Shown: positions 11,948 to 25,394, counted from the stretch's first letter. The stretch: 64,000 bases of DNA from Podarcis muralis (GCF_964188315.1 NC_135673.1:8308001-8372000); one strand, 5' to 3'. Program-made: numbers and translations. Notes: generated from the sequence alone by a model not told the origin.

Positions 11948-12117
11948 CACACACACCCCAATTAAAGTAGCAAAGCAAACACACAATGAAAATGGCAAGT
12001 GAGGATGGGGAGATGGGGGAGTCATTCATGTTTCTGAGACTTCAAGGGGTGATGGAGATTAACTGATAGCATTGGGAATGTAACCTTTTAAAGATGCAAA
12101 TGAACCTTGTTCATTGT

Positions 12118-12118
12118 A

Positions 12119-12166
<48 letters not shown>
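12118..12166. repeat. (GAAA)n microsatellite
   Basis: Direct inspection. Confidence 0.95.
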
Positions 12167-14629
12167 AGCCCGTTTGGCGGTGGATTCCAATTTCCTCCTG
12201 AAATGTGTGCGCCTGGCTTCCAGACTAAAAAATTTAAAAGCAAAGTTCAGCATGTATCTTTCTTTCATTTGGCTATTGAAAACAGAGGGTGATCTGTGCC
12301 AGAGGATGGAAAATGCTTCTCTTCTCCCACCTCTCCACAGCTCTTGAAGCAAGCTGCTTTTTTTCCACACTGAGCAGCCTATCACTCTGATAGTTTTATT
12401 CATCTCTACACTTTTCTGTGCACCAGCTGGCTGAATAGTGCATTTGTGCAAGCATGGGATCTCATGAGTTGAATGAGAAGAAAAATGGGTCTGTAACCCT
12501 TGGCTTGGCTAAGTAGCTGGATCTAGCTTCTCAACTTGCCAGCTACATGCAGTTGTATAATAACTTTCAGGACAGGCTGTAGGTTTTTATTAATGGAACA
12601 TTTTCTTGCCCGCTTTCCCAAGTACTTCAGAAGTCGTGTGATGTAGTATGGATCTGAGGCTGGCTGGTCCTATTTCATTCAGAAGCCATACCCACTGGGT
12701 TGGATCCAACAATTCTACTTGGAGTAGACCCATTGAAACTATTGGACCTAAGTTAAGCATGTCGATGATTTTCAATGGGGATCTGTTCTCCATATGGTTA
12801 ATATTGTGTTCAGAAGGGTTTACTCTCACCTAAGTGTGCTTAGGCTTACAGTCTTAATTCAGAACTATCACACAGTTAAAATGCATCAATGCTGTGAAAT
12901 CCACTTTGAAGATTGCACTTGAATTCTGCCTAAAGTGAAAGTTGGAATCTTAAAGGAAACTATCACAGGGTTTTTGATAAGCAGCTTTTTCACAGAGGAG
13001 AGGTTGTTTTCGACTATTAAAATCTAAGTCATTTAAAGTTGTATTCCTAACTAAACACCCCATCAGACATAACAGAAAATGTGTCTGAGGAAATGCCTGA
13101 AGGATCATGTTGCATCTACCACTCAGTCCCATGGGAGAGAGAGCAGTAGCCTGACCTTATGAGTGTTTGCTCCAAACTAACTCCCGGTTTGCTTAATAGA
13201 ATTACTCACAATGAAGTAAGATTAGATTCACAACACTACAGTCTTAAACACCATGGATGGGGAACTGGTTTCAGACTAAAATAATAATAAAATAAAATAA
13301 AGCTCCCCCACTCAGACAAGTGGGGCTACACTACACCACCTGCCTGCCTGTGCAGGAGAATCCCCGCAACACTGGGAGATCATTCAGCAAGGGAGCCAGG
13401 GACACAGCAGTGAGGCCAGGCTGGGCTCTAGGACCCAGAGACCCCCCAACAGCAGGCAGGCTGGGATGGGGATCCCTGAATGAGGGTGCCTGGTTCGCGC
13501 CCCTTCAAAATCATGTGCTCAAGGCTATGGAACCCCTGATCCCGCCACGCTACACCCCTGCTTTGTACAGTAGACTAGTTTCACTCACACTTCCCTCTCT
13601 GTTTTCCACCCAGGCAACAAAAAGGCACCATCCAAGTTTAAGGACATATCTCAGCTGGGGAGTCAGAGTCTGGGGAGGGGGGTGATGCTCAAAGAGGGTA
13701 TGATGTAAGGCTGGGAAGGGGATATGGCTGGGTAAAAGAAGTGTCACTGAGGACAGTGGCAATGGTGGCCTCCAACTAGCAAGGTCTAGAGGACTGTATT
13801 TGGGATAAGTCCCATTGAACTCACTTCTGAGTAAATGAAAAGAGGATGCGCCAAGAACATGCATCAGAATAGGCTGTGGATTGTGCACGAGAAAGCGCAT
13901 GGGACACACCAGCCAGATTGCACCACATTCAGCCCTCCTTGTATCACCTCCCATTTTCAGCATCCCCTTATGAGGAAGTCTGAATACAACCCAGCCAGTA
14001 GCACATTTAGGCTTCAACTTGACACACAGTTACCCGGGAACAAGTGCTATTGAACTTAGTGTGGCTTACTCCTGACTGACTAGACTTGCCTGGGACTGCC
14101 AAGAAACTGCCTGGACAGAGGGGTGTGTGCACTTGCAACTCCCCCCCCCCCCCCGCTGCCTGCCAGCTCCTATTTCACTACTGTGTCTTATTTCATCCCC
14201 TTGCAAGAGCACACAAAGCAGTATGTAGTGCTCCCACTGCTCCCAATGGCTATTGTTTTAAAGCAACTGGTAATTTATTTATGGCACAGTCTTGGATCAG
14301 TTTAATGCGCTGAAAGTATAACTGGTTCCACTTTTGCTGGGGAGAAAATGCAACCCACTAAAATAAGCAGTTCTAAATAATCTGAAGAGATAAGCACTGG
14401 CAGGATGGGAACGTAACCTTAGCAGAGAAACAATTTCCACACCTGGCTACCAGAGGTGGAAGACAGGTTTACAATGAGACCTCTCCTTCTTATTGGGATT
14501 CCACTCTCACACAAACAATCAATGTTTAGCAGGGGGAATTACAAAACTCTTCAGGTTTAGAGTTCAGGTTGTGTTGGGAAGTAATGCCCTGAAGACTGTA
14601 GATTAGTTTATATATTCAGTAGTACAGTT

Positions 14630-14984
14630 GGGACACGGGTGGTGCTGTGGGTTAAACCAGAGCCTAGGACTTGCCGATCAGAAGGTTGGTGGTTCGGATC
14701 CCCATGACGGAGTGAGCTCCCGTTGCTCCATCCCTGCTCCTGCCAACCTAGCAGCTTGAAAGCACGTCAAAGTGCTAGTAGGTAAATAGATACCGCTCCA
14801 GTGGGAAGGTAAATGGCATTTCCATGCACTGCTCTGTTTCGCCAGAAGCAGTTTAGTCATGCTAGCCACATGACCCGGAAGCTGTGCGCCGGCTCCCTTG
14901 GCCAATAAAGCGAGATGAGCGCCGCAACCCCAGAGTTGGCCACGACTGGACCTAATGGTCAGGGGTCCCTTTACCTTTACCTTT
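14630..14984 (+). mobile_element. Sauria SINE (Squam1), full length, subfamily A
   Basis: GGGACACGGGTGGTGCTGTGGGTTAAACC...CCTTTACCTTTACCTTT; TSD TAGTACAGTT on both sides. Confidence 0.92.
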
Positions 14985-15122
14985 AGTACAGTTGGTCAAG
15001 GGGCCAGGACCATTATTTGTGCAGCAACATCCAAATGTGTAATCAGCCTACCTATTGTCTAGGTAGGTTGCCCTGGGAAATGAGGTGGGTCAGGTAAGGA
15101 GGTGATGAGCCTATCTTTAGAT

Positions 15123-15262
15123 CAGGGTTTCCCAAACTTGGGTCTCCAGCTGGTTTTGGACTACGTATAGCTACCATCCCCCCTATTTACCAGGACCAGT
15201 GGTCAGGGTTGATGGGAATCAAAGTCCAACAACAGCTAGAGACCTAAGTTTGGGAAACCTTG
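15123..15262. mobile_element. Short hAT MITE
   Basis: Long imperfect TIRs CAGGGTTTCCCAAACTTGGGTCTCCAGCTG / CAGCTAGAGACCTAAGTTTGGGAAACCTTG; TSD CTTTAGAT/CATTAGAT. Confidence 0.8.
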
Positions 15263-16597
15263 CATTAGATGTATGATTGGGTCAGAGATTGCCTTTATGG
15301 CCCTTCCAGCCATGCAATTTGGTATGTCAATCGATATGTTAGTTAGAAGATGCAAATCAAACAACTCTCCTAGGTGGGACTGTTCTACTTTAAAATGCCA
15401 GTGTATTAATAATTAATAAATGTATTAATCCGTATGTTGAGAGTGGTCCCCATGTAGAAAGTTAGCACAACAAGAGAGGAGTTCTCATGTTGGTTCTTCT
15501 TTACGTGCTAATTTGCTGTGCGTCAGGAGATTCTGAAGGGAGGGGAGGGAATAAGAACTTGAGAGGGAATAAAGTAGCTGTGATCAATTCCACCGTTTTT
15601 CAGACTTTAAGCTTTTGGCATGAATGGAATCTTCTGGTGCATACAGAACCCACAAACTGGTTTAGTATATATCAGATTCAAAAACAGGATGTGAGCCCTA
15701 AAGATTTTGCTGAATGAAAAGGCTAGTGAGAACCTCATAAGCCTGCAAGGCTAGAAACACACAATTTGCTTGTTGGAATATAAGTCCTCTCTGCTTTCTA
15801 AAGCTTAAAAGGGATTTGCTTTAGGTTTCTGAAAAACTGTAAAACTATATTTCTTATACTAATTTATTTATTAATTTTCTATCCTATATCTTCCTTCAAA
15901 AGAGACCATATATTGGGGTGGGGGAACCTTTTCTGCCCAAGGGCCACATGCTTTCTGGGTAATTTTCTGGGGGTCACATACCAGTGGTGGATGGGGCCAG
16001 AAGGAAAAGTAGGCAAAGCAACAAATGCGAATTTTACCATTACACAGTAGACTGGTTTCTTTACCCTCACACATCCCTCTCTGCCCTCTACCCAGACATG
16101 TAAGAGTCATGTTCAGAGTTCAACTCCAGCAAAGAAAACAAAAGGGGGATGTGAAGTGAAGTCAGTGAGGGGAGTGACCTGGGAGAAGCAGGTGTGGCTG
16201 TGAAGGGTTGTGTGGTCTAGGAAGAATCTCCAGGTGGCCTGAGGTTCCTCAATGCAAGTGGAAATTATGTCTTGCAATCTCATAATTGAGGGTCAAGGAG
16301 GATGTGAGATGAGGTAAAAGAAATAAGCAGAGTGGGGTACTGTAAGGCTCTAGTGGGGATTTGGCCACAAGCTTCCAGAGTCCAAGAGAAGTATTCTTAA
16401 TGTCTGCTCCCAGACATTGGAACTCCCACCCTGGAGAAGCCAGACTGGCTCCTTCCTTGCTGTCCTTCCCCTGGCAGGTGAAGACTTTTATGCTCCAACA
16501 GGCTTTTGGGGACTGGCTGCTTTTAATTCAAGGGCTGGTGTTGTGCTGTTTTTATTGTAAATCCTGGTATGTTTAAACATATTTAATATAGTTTAAA

Positions 16598-17170
16598 TTG
16601 TTGTTGTTGTTGTTGTTTAGTTGTGTCTGACTCTTCGTAACCCCATGGACCAGAGCATAACAAGAACTCCTGTTTTCCACTGCCTCCCTCAGTTTGGTCA
16701 AACTCATGCTGGTAGCTTCGAGAATACTGTCCAACCATCTCGTCCTCTGTCGTCCCCTTCTCCTTGTGCCCTCCATCTTTCCCAACATCAGGGTCTTTCC
16801 CAGGGAGTCTTCTCTTCTCATGAGGTGGCCAGAGTATTGGAGCCTCAACTTCAGGATCTGTCCTTCCAGGGAGCACTCAGGACTGATTTCCTTCAGAATG
16901 GATAGGTTTGATCTTCTTGCAGTCCATGGGACTCTCAAGAGTCTCCTCCAGCACCATAATTCAAAAGCATCCATTCTTTGGTGATCAGCCTTCTTTATGG
17001 TCCAGCTCTCACTTCCATACATCACCACTGGGAAAACCATAGCTTTAACTATATGGACCTTTGTCGGCAAGGTGATGTCTCTGCTTTTTAAGATGCTGTC
17101 TAGGTTTGTCATCACGTTTCTCCCAAGAAGCAGGCGTCTTTAATTTCGTGACTGCTGTCACCACCTGCAG
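16598..17170 (-). mobile_element. BovB (RTE) LINE, 3' fragment
   Basis: MTNLDSILKSRDITLPTKVHIVKAMVFPVVMYGSESWTIKKA...AFELWCWRRLLRVPW is BovB ORF C-terminus; (CAA)n tail; possible TSD AGTTTAAAT. Confidence 0.93.
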
Positions 17171-19411
17171 TTTAAATAATATATAGTTTTAATTCTATCA
17201 ATGTTTAATTGTATTTTAATGATTGGTTTTTCTTTTTTTAGCAGTTCTCGTTTTCATCTGTAAGCCTTGAATCCCTTCAGGGGAAAAGGTGGGGTATATA
17301 TATTGTAAGCTGATTAGTCCTTCTAGCCCAGGATGTCCCAATTAGTAGACAGCAAACAGCACCTGAATGAAACAGCATCTCTTCCCTACTGCAGTTTCCA
17401 GCAACTGAGCCATGTTTCAAAAGCATCTGCTGAAGTTCAGAAAGCAACAGGAGGAAGTTGGGTGCAGGTAGCAACACAGCAGATGTGAACAGGTGCTTGA
17501 CTAGGCAGAACCTGAGATAAGATAAGGGGTGATGGAAGCAGGTTGATTAGGGTGGTAGTTGTATCAGCTGTCCAAGTGCTAAGTCTCCTCATGCTGCTGC
17601 CTTGAATAGGGATGGGGAGCATGCTGCCCTTCAGATGCTGCTAGACTAATTTCCCGTGCAATGTTCTACTTGATTTTCTTTTTTAATTAGGTTTATATAG
17701 GAAAGTTGGAGGGACGGGAGCTGGAGCTATCCACTCCCTCCACCACTTGTCCCATTCACATATTACTAGTATTGCATAAAAGAGTAAATAAAACTGAGGT
17801 TTCGTTGATAAAGAAGAAAATGTATTTTTATTTACACTTACTTCATATTTATAAGGATAGCTTTGAATTCTAAGTCAACATGGTGGAGCTACTCTCTCGT
17901 GGCTGTCTCCTGCAAGAGAGGAGGAAGGGGTGGAGCTTGCGAGTTTGGCAGGAAACCACATAGGGGAAAATACACTATCTCTTGCTCTTAATGCTGCCCT
18001 CTGCTGACTGTGGGCTTGCAAGGTTGCTAACACCTAACATTCTCAGGACATTTCTGACCTTAGGGATGCATGGTATCACTTTGGCTAAAGGTGTCCAAAT
18101 GGACTTTGAACTGAGGATGGGAGGGAAATCCAGTGTGGTTCACATTCTAATGAAAACCTGCTTCATCTGCACTTCATGAAATAATGCACAAACTTAAATG
18201 TGTCTCCCCTGAATTTTGCAAAAATGTTCCTCAAGACTTCCTTCCCCAAAAGTGGATTGCTCTGGTAACATGGCATTTGGAGGCAAGATGTAGGCAACAC
18301 CAGCAAATTCCCCTCAGGGAACACACTGGTGAAGCGGCACCAAGCAAGATTGAACCCTCCTGTCTATTGCGTGGCTGGTGGATGGAGAAGGAGGAAGCTC
18401 CTGTCCCTATGTTTAATTAGGGTTTAAAAATCCTATTAAACATTAGCCCCACACCCAAATTGATTTGAGGGTGGATCTTGGATTCCCCAGGTTGGCCTGG
18501 ATTGGGTCAAGTGGGTGGGGGACGGTGCACAGTGTTAGTTTTTGGAGCTAGAGTTTGACATGGACACGACTGCTAGACAAAATCAACTTTGACTGCTAAT
18601 TTAAAAACCAAAAAATATCAGAGGGAAACCTGAGAATGAAACAAAAATGAACAAGTTAGTGACCCATTTGCTGGTGAAACACAAAGCTGTTAAGAGTGAG
18701 CAATAATCTGCTTTGTATTCAAAGGATGCTCTCAGGTTTGGCCACAGCATTTTCTTCTCCTCAGACTCTCTTTGTCAGTGGCAAATGTTCTCCACATGTG
18801 GGAAAAATTAAGAACCAGGCACTTGTCCAGGAAATCCTGAAATATCCCCCTCCCCAAATGTGATGTAAATAAGCCGGAGAGTTGGGAGTTCCTTGGCCTG
18901 ACAAGAGGCTGTCTGTCTGGCAAGCAGGATGTGTGGGGAGGGTGCGGGAATGGGAGGTGGGTTTCAGTGCTGCTTTCTGAGGAGCTGAAAGGAGACTTGA
19001 CATGTCTTCAGCCATAATGAGTAGGCAGAGCCTGCCGTGTCCATCTAATTAAGGTTAAAATACACATTTCGTTATGCAGAAACCTGATTGCCCTTTCTCT
19101 CATGAGAATGTTTCTTGTTTGATTAGAAAATGCTAGGGAGAGCTTTAAGGACTTGCAGCTGGGATTGGTGGCAGAGGGAGACCTCTGTATGAATAGACTG
19201 GCCTGATTCACATCAGAAGCAGGGTTGTTGTTTTTTCAGTCCAAGGGCCACATTCCCTTCTACGCAACCTTCCAGGGGCCACATGCTAGTATTGGGCAGT
19301 GCTAGAAGCAAAAGGGGTGGAAGGACAAATGTGAACTAACTTACACATCCTTCTCTGTTGTGCAGGTGGCAAGAGCCACCACCAGAGTTCAAGGACACAT
19401 TCTAGCTAGTC

Positions 19412-19745
19412 CAGGGGTCTGCAACCCGCGGCTCCGGAGCCGCATGTGGCTCTTTTACATCTTTGTCGCGGCTCCAGGGCAGATACTAGCGAGGGGAGGA
19501 GGCGCATTGTGCGCCCCGACACTCCCCACTGTGGCGGGCGCTGTACTGGCTGTGATGTCGCATGGGGGCGGTGCGTGCGTTAGTCACGCACCGTCCCGAC
19601 ATCACCTTCCCGCCCGCTGTCAGATCGCGGCTCCGGAGATATATTTGTTTTAAATGTCACAATGGTTTTGCGGCTCCCATTTGTTGTTTTTTCTTCGGAA
19701 ATGGGTCCAAGTGGCTCTTTTTGTCTTAAAGGTTGCAGACCCCTG
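19412..19745. mobile_element. Young hAT MITE, 334 bp
   Basis: Perfect 15-bp TIRs CAGGGGTCTGCAACC / GGTTGCAGACCCCTG; perfect 8-bp TSD AGCTAGTC (19404-19411, 19746-19753); CpG-rich interior. Confidence 0.92.
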
Positions 19746-20534
19746 AGCTAGTCAAAAGGAGGAGGGCGCAAATGAACGCCTGTGAGGAGTGTGGCCTGAG
19801 GTGAAGGGGTGTGGCATGAGTGATAGGGGTTTCAAATTATAGTCTATAAGTGTGAACACAGGAAGCTTCCTTATACGGAGTCCGACCATTGGTCCATTTC
19901 GTTCAAAATTGTCTACAATGACTGGTAGAGAATCTCTGATGTTTCAGGCAAGAGTGTCTCCCAGCCCTACCAGGGGATGCCAAAAATTGAACCTAGAACA
20001 TTTAGAATGCAAGGCAGATGTTCTACCATTGAGCCACATCTCCTCCTCCCATGAGAAATTTGCATCCTATGTGGAGATGGCAAGGAGAGAGGCTACTTGG
20101 TGTAGCCCTGATCTGTGTTCATGTGGTGGTGTTAACTGTGAGCAGAATCGCCAAACAGGGCTGCTTAAGCACACATGTTGAGTCCAGACTAGCTGTTTAG
20201 TGTATATTTGGTAGGAATGGGTGCTCAGTGTATACAGAGTAGCAGATTCAGCTTTGCTGCTGTGAAATATGTGGAACAGCGCTGTGCCAATCTGTTTCCT
20301 TGGGAGGAATTGAAAGCAACGTTAACTTACCAGTTTGAAACTGGATAGCGTTAGTGACTTGGTGCAAACATGTGAGCTACGGAGAGGTGATTGAGGCCAC
20401 TTTGCTCCTCCCCAGTCATTCTGCCACTGTGCTGTGCTAAGCCACAGTTCTGTTTAGTATGTCATCCAAACCCAGGCTCTTGGGTTAGTTGTTTCCAGAC
20501 TAACCACAAGCTTCAACCAAGGTTTGTTCTAGGG

Positions 20535-22805
20535 CAGAGGTAGGCAACCTAAGGCCCATGGGCCACAAGTGGCCCATGGGTTTCATTTAACTGGCCCACA
20601 AGCTGCCCCCAAACCGATCCGCCCACTCGGTGAGTCCCCACGCACTGCGCTAAACCGGACTTGCTTCTGTTGTGTTTTTTTTAAAATAATTTTTTATTGA
20701 TTTTCCATAGATAAAAAGAAACAAAACAAAAACGTAAACAAACACAAAATCGACTTCCCCGTACCACCCCTTTTCTGCATCCTTGTTTCAAAATTTTTCA
20801 GCAACCCTTTCGTCATGAACTTATTTTATGTTTCATAAATTTAACTTCCTTAAGTTATTAAAACAGCTGTAGTTCTTTATCTCTTATTTCCCTGATCTTC
20901 TAGTTTTCATCCAAATTATAACAATTTTTAAGGTAAACTTTAAATTTACTCCAGTCATCATCCACCGCCTCCTTTCCCCGGTCTCGAATTCTGCCAGTCA
21001 TCTCCGCCAGTCCCATGTAGTCGATCACCTTCGTCTGCCATTCTTCCAACGTGGGTAGTTCTTGTGTCTTCCAATACTTTGCTAGAAGGATTCTTGCTGC
21101 TGTTGTGGCATACATAAAAAATGTCTTATCCTTCTTTGGCACCATTTGGCCCACCATACCCAAGAGAAAGGCTTCTGGTTTCTTAATAAGGGTTCTCTTC
21201 AGAACTTTCTTAATTTCATTGTAGATCATTTCCCAGAAGGCCTTAATCTTTGGGCAGGTCCACCAAAGGTGATAGAAGGTTCCCTCCATTTCATTACATT
21301 TCCAGCATTTATTATTGGGCGAATGATAAATCCTCGCTAACTTAGCAGGAGTCATGTACCACCTGTAGATCATTTTCATAATGTTTTCTCTTAAGGCATT
21401 ACATGCCGTGAATTTAACACCAGTGGTCCATAACTGCTCCCAATCTGCGAGTTCAATGTCATGTCCAATATCTTGTGCCCATTTAATCATACTTGATTTC
21501 ACCATTTCGTCTTGAGTATTCCACTTCAACAGCAAGTTATACATTCTTGACAAATTTTTAGTATTGGGTTCTAACAATTCTGTTTCTAGTTTTGACCTCT
21601 CCACTTGGAAGCCCTTTCTGTCCTGTTTAAATAATTCATTTATCTGTCGATAATGTAACCAATCTCTCACCTTAAACTTCAGTTTCTCAAAGCTTTGCAG
21701 TTTTACTTTTTCACCATCCTGTTCTATAATTTCAAAATATTTAGGCCAGTTTGAACCCATGTTCAGTTTTTTCACCTCTTTAGCTTCCATTGGTGACAGC
21801 CATCTGGGGGTTTTACTTTCAAGCAAGTCTTTATACCGTATCCAAACATTATACAATGCTTTCCTGACCATATGGTTCTTAAAGCTTTTATGCGATTTTA
21901 CCTTGTCATACCATATATATGCATGCCAACCAAATCTATTATCAAATCCTTCAAGATCCAAAATGTCTGTATTCTCGAGGAGCAGCCAATCTTTCAACCA
22001 GCAGAACGCTGCTGATTCATAGTAAAGTCTTAAGTCTGGCAGGGCAAAACCTCCTCTATCTTTTGCATCTGTTAATGTCTTAAATTTTATTCTTGGCTTT
22101 TTGCCCTGCCAAACAAATTTAGATATGTCTTTCTGCCACCTCTTGAAACAGTCCATCTTGTCTATTATTTGTAGTGTCTGAAACAAAAATAGCATTCTAG
22201 GCAATACATTCATTTTGATAACAGCAATTCTGCCTAACAAGGAAAGTTTCAGCCTTGACCATATGTCTAGATCTTTCTTAACTTCTGTCCAACATTTATC
22301 ATAGTTGTCTTTAAATAAATTCACATTTTTCGATGTCAAATTCACCCCCAGGTACTTCACTTTTTTTGCTATCCCCAAACCTGTTTCATTCTGAAATCTC
22401 TCTTTTTCCTCATTTGTTAGATTTTTCTCCAACACTTTAGTTTTTTGTTTGTTCAATTTAAATCCTGCAACTTGACCAAATATCTCGATCAGTTCTAAAA
22501 CTCTTTTTGTACTAGTGTTTGGCTGCTGTAAAGTCAAAACTAGGTCATCTGCAAATGCCCTTAATTTATACTCTTTCACTCCGACCTGAATTCCTTTAAC
22601 CAACTGGTCCTTTCTAATCATGTTTAACAAGACCTCCAGAACCGATATAAAAAGTAGAGGGGGACTTGCTTCTGTTGTGCCAGAAATCGTGTCTGCACAG
22701 GCACAGATGCCGGAAATTGCGCGCACACTCATACACAATCCAGCCCGTGGAGGGATCTCCGCTGGAGTGAACTGGCTCAGGTGAGGTAAACATTGCCGAC
22801 CCCTG
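20535..22805. mobile_element. hAT (Charlie-like) MITE split by the L1
   Basis: TIRs CAGAGGTAGGCAAC (20535) and TTGCCGACCCCTG (to 22805); 8-bp TSD TTCTAGGG/TCCTAGGG. Confidence 0.8.
20675..22661 (-). mobile_element. 5'-truncated L1-clade LINE (ORF2 RT C-terminal half, CCHC knuckle, 3' UTR, A-rich tail)
   Basis: Uninterrupted frame 22661->20900 with RAFADD, VKYLGV, LSLLGRIAVIKMNVLP, CWKCNEMEGTFYHLWWTC; exact 18-bp TSD GGACTTGCTTCTGTTGTG at 20657-20674 and 22662-22679. Confidence 0.95.
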
Positions 22806-23604
22806 TCCTAGGGTTTATGGTTAATGGTTTATCCAGGAGAGCTAAACCATGACTCAAGTTCAGGTGATATGTTAAGCCAAACAAGCATAGTAGCAGGATG
22901 ACTAAGGAGGAGCAAAGTGCCCCCAATCGCTCCCCCTCCCATGTTTTGTGCTAAGGAAATCAGGCTAGTATGAAATCCCTCAAGCTTGGACTCAACTACA
23001 TTAGTCAAGAAACAGTGTTTTGAATACATTATAAACACCCGACCAGATGATGCCAGAAAGCAAAAATAAAAAATAAAATAAAAACAATTCTAAGCAATCT
23101 TCCATAGCATTCCCCCCTCTTGTTAAAACAATTTAATTTCTGACTTATTTATAGTGGGTTTTTCCCTGTGTGTAGATCCACCCAAGGTCGGTTCTTCCAA
23201 AACAGAACACTGCTATCTTTTCCATATGGAGATTTGCTCACAGAAGGCTGCTTCTATTGATTTGTTCATCTGTTGCTCATAGCTAAATGCATATTGTAGT
23301 TTTCTCCTTGCAAAATCAGTGGTGCACTTAGGGAAGGAGTTCAGGGCAGAGGTCCAGTGCAGCACTCAGCTGATTGAGCAAGGACTGGCTTACCAAATTT
23401 TGAATTAAGTGCACCATCATAGAGAGGGTCCAAAGGAGATAATGTAAAGTTATTCTATCAATTGTTCTGGGACCTTTTTGCATACAGATGCCCTATTGTT
23501 GAGCTACATCCATCACTTAGGCAAAGAATAACTTTTTACACCATCATCCAAACACTCAAACAGGATGGGACCAACAGTTCAGAGCTGGAACAATTCTGTT
23601 CATT

Positions 23605-24050
23605 CCCTGTACATCTAGCGAGACTAGTGACTGGGAGTGGCCACCAAGACCATATAACACCGGTCCCAAAGACCTACATTGGCTGCCAGTACATTTCCAA
23701 GCACAATTCAAAGTGTTGATGCTGACCTTTAAAGCCATAAATGGCCTCAGCCCAGTATACCTGAAGGAGCATGTCCACCCCCATTGTGCAGCCTGGACAC
23801 TGAGGTCCAGCACTGAGGGCCTTCTGGCGAATTTCTCACTGTGAGAAGTGAGGTTACAGGGAACCAGGTAGAGGGCCTTCTTGGTAGTGGTGCCCACCTT
23901 GTGGAATGCCCTCCCATCAGATGTCAAGGAAATAAAAAACTACCTGACTTTTAGAAAACATCTGAAGGCAGCCCTGTTTAGGGAAGTTTTTAATGTTTGA
24001 TTCTATTTTTAATATTCTGCTGGGAGGCACCCACAGTGAATGGGTATAAA

Positions 24051-24100
<50 letters not shown>
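23605..24100 (+). mobile_element. L2 LINE 3' fragment with (ATT)n tail
   Basis: LHWLPV..and ALNGLSPVYLKE..AFLVVVPTLWNALP motifs; ends in (ATT)n. Confidence 0.85.
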
Positions 24101-24786
24101 CAGGTAGCCAATGCATTTCCCTCCAGACATTTTGAACTCCCAGCATACCGAACCAGCATGGGAGAGTCAGGGAGAGTGGGAGTTATAGTCCAGATCTAGA
24201 AGGTACCACACTGGCTAACAGTGGTCTGCACTCTGCACGCATTCATTCTCATGTGAACAAGGCTCAGGACATTTTCAGAACTTCAAAAATCAGGGGAGAA
24301 ATCTGAATGAGAAGCCTTTTATAAATATCCCCAAATTCAACAAAATTGGGGAAGGTTGCCAAATTCAAACCATTGTTCCTTGTCTTGGCTATGGAAGACA
24401 GGATGGTCAGTTTTCCTCCTCTTCTCTCCCTCCCTACTTCTGACATCCTTTTAAATACAAACTGTCAGCTTCTCCTTTCTGTAAATCCTTTTTCTCTTAG
24501 CTAAACAACATACACAGTGTGCCTTCAATCTCTCCACAGAAGTTTGCCATTTAGTTCCCTGGAGTGCTTCTCTGAATCCATTCCAACTTGTCAATTCTCA
24601 AACTGAAGTCACTACTCAAAAAACAAAACAAAACAAAAAATCTCAATGGTGCTGAGTAAGAACAGAAACATTACTTCTACAGTCTCTGAAATGTTCCTTC
24701 CCCTTTTGCTAACTCATTTCACTGTTTGACCATTTATAGTTCCAAACTAATGTTAAGACCCATTGTCATGATCAGACAAATCTAGC

Positions 24787-25394
24787 NNNNNNNNNNNNNN
24801 NNNNNNNNNNNNNNNNNNNNNNNNNNNNNNNNNNNNNNNNNNNNNNNNNNNNNNNNNNNNNNNNNNNNNNNNNNNNNNNNNNNNNNNNNNNNNNNNNNNN
24901 NNNNNNNNNNNNNNNNNNNNNNNNNNNNNNNNNNNNNNNNNNNNNNNNNNNNNNNNNNNNNNNNNNNNNNNNNNNNNNNNNNNNNNNNNNNNNNNNNNNN
25001 NNNNNNNNNNNNNNNNNNNNNNNNNNNNNNNNNNNNNNNNNNNNNNNNNNNNNNNNNNNNNNNNNNNNNNNNNNNNNNNNNNNNNNNNNNNNNNNNNNNN
25101 NNNNNNNNNNNNNNNNNNNNNNNNNNNNNNNNNNNNNNNNNNNNNNNNNNNNNNNNNNNNNNNNNNNNNNNNNNNNNNNNNNNNNNNNNNNNNNNNNNNN
25201 NNNNNNNNNNNNNNNNNNNNNNNNNNNNNNNNNNNNNNNNNNNNNNNNNNNNNNNNNNNNNNNNNNNNNNNNNNNNNNNNNNNNNNNNNNNNNNNNNNNN
25301 NNNNNNNNNNNNNNNNNNNNNNNNNNNNNNNNNNNNNNNNNNNNNNNNNNNNNNNNNNNNNNNNNNNNNNNNNNNNNNNNNNNNNNNNNNNNNN
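24787..25394. other. Assembly gap (608 N)
   Basis: Run of N. Confidence 1.

Noticed and set aside
22662-22738. N-terminus (MCMSVRAISG...) of the 612-aa ORF as a full protein start
   Set aside because: It lies outside the L1 TSD in MITE sequence. The L1 is 5'-truncated and cannot encode a complete ORF2.
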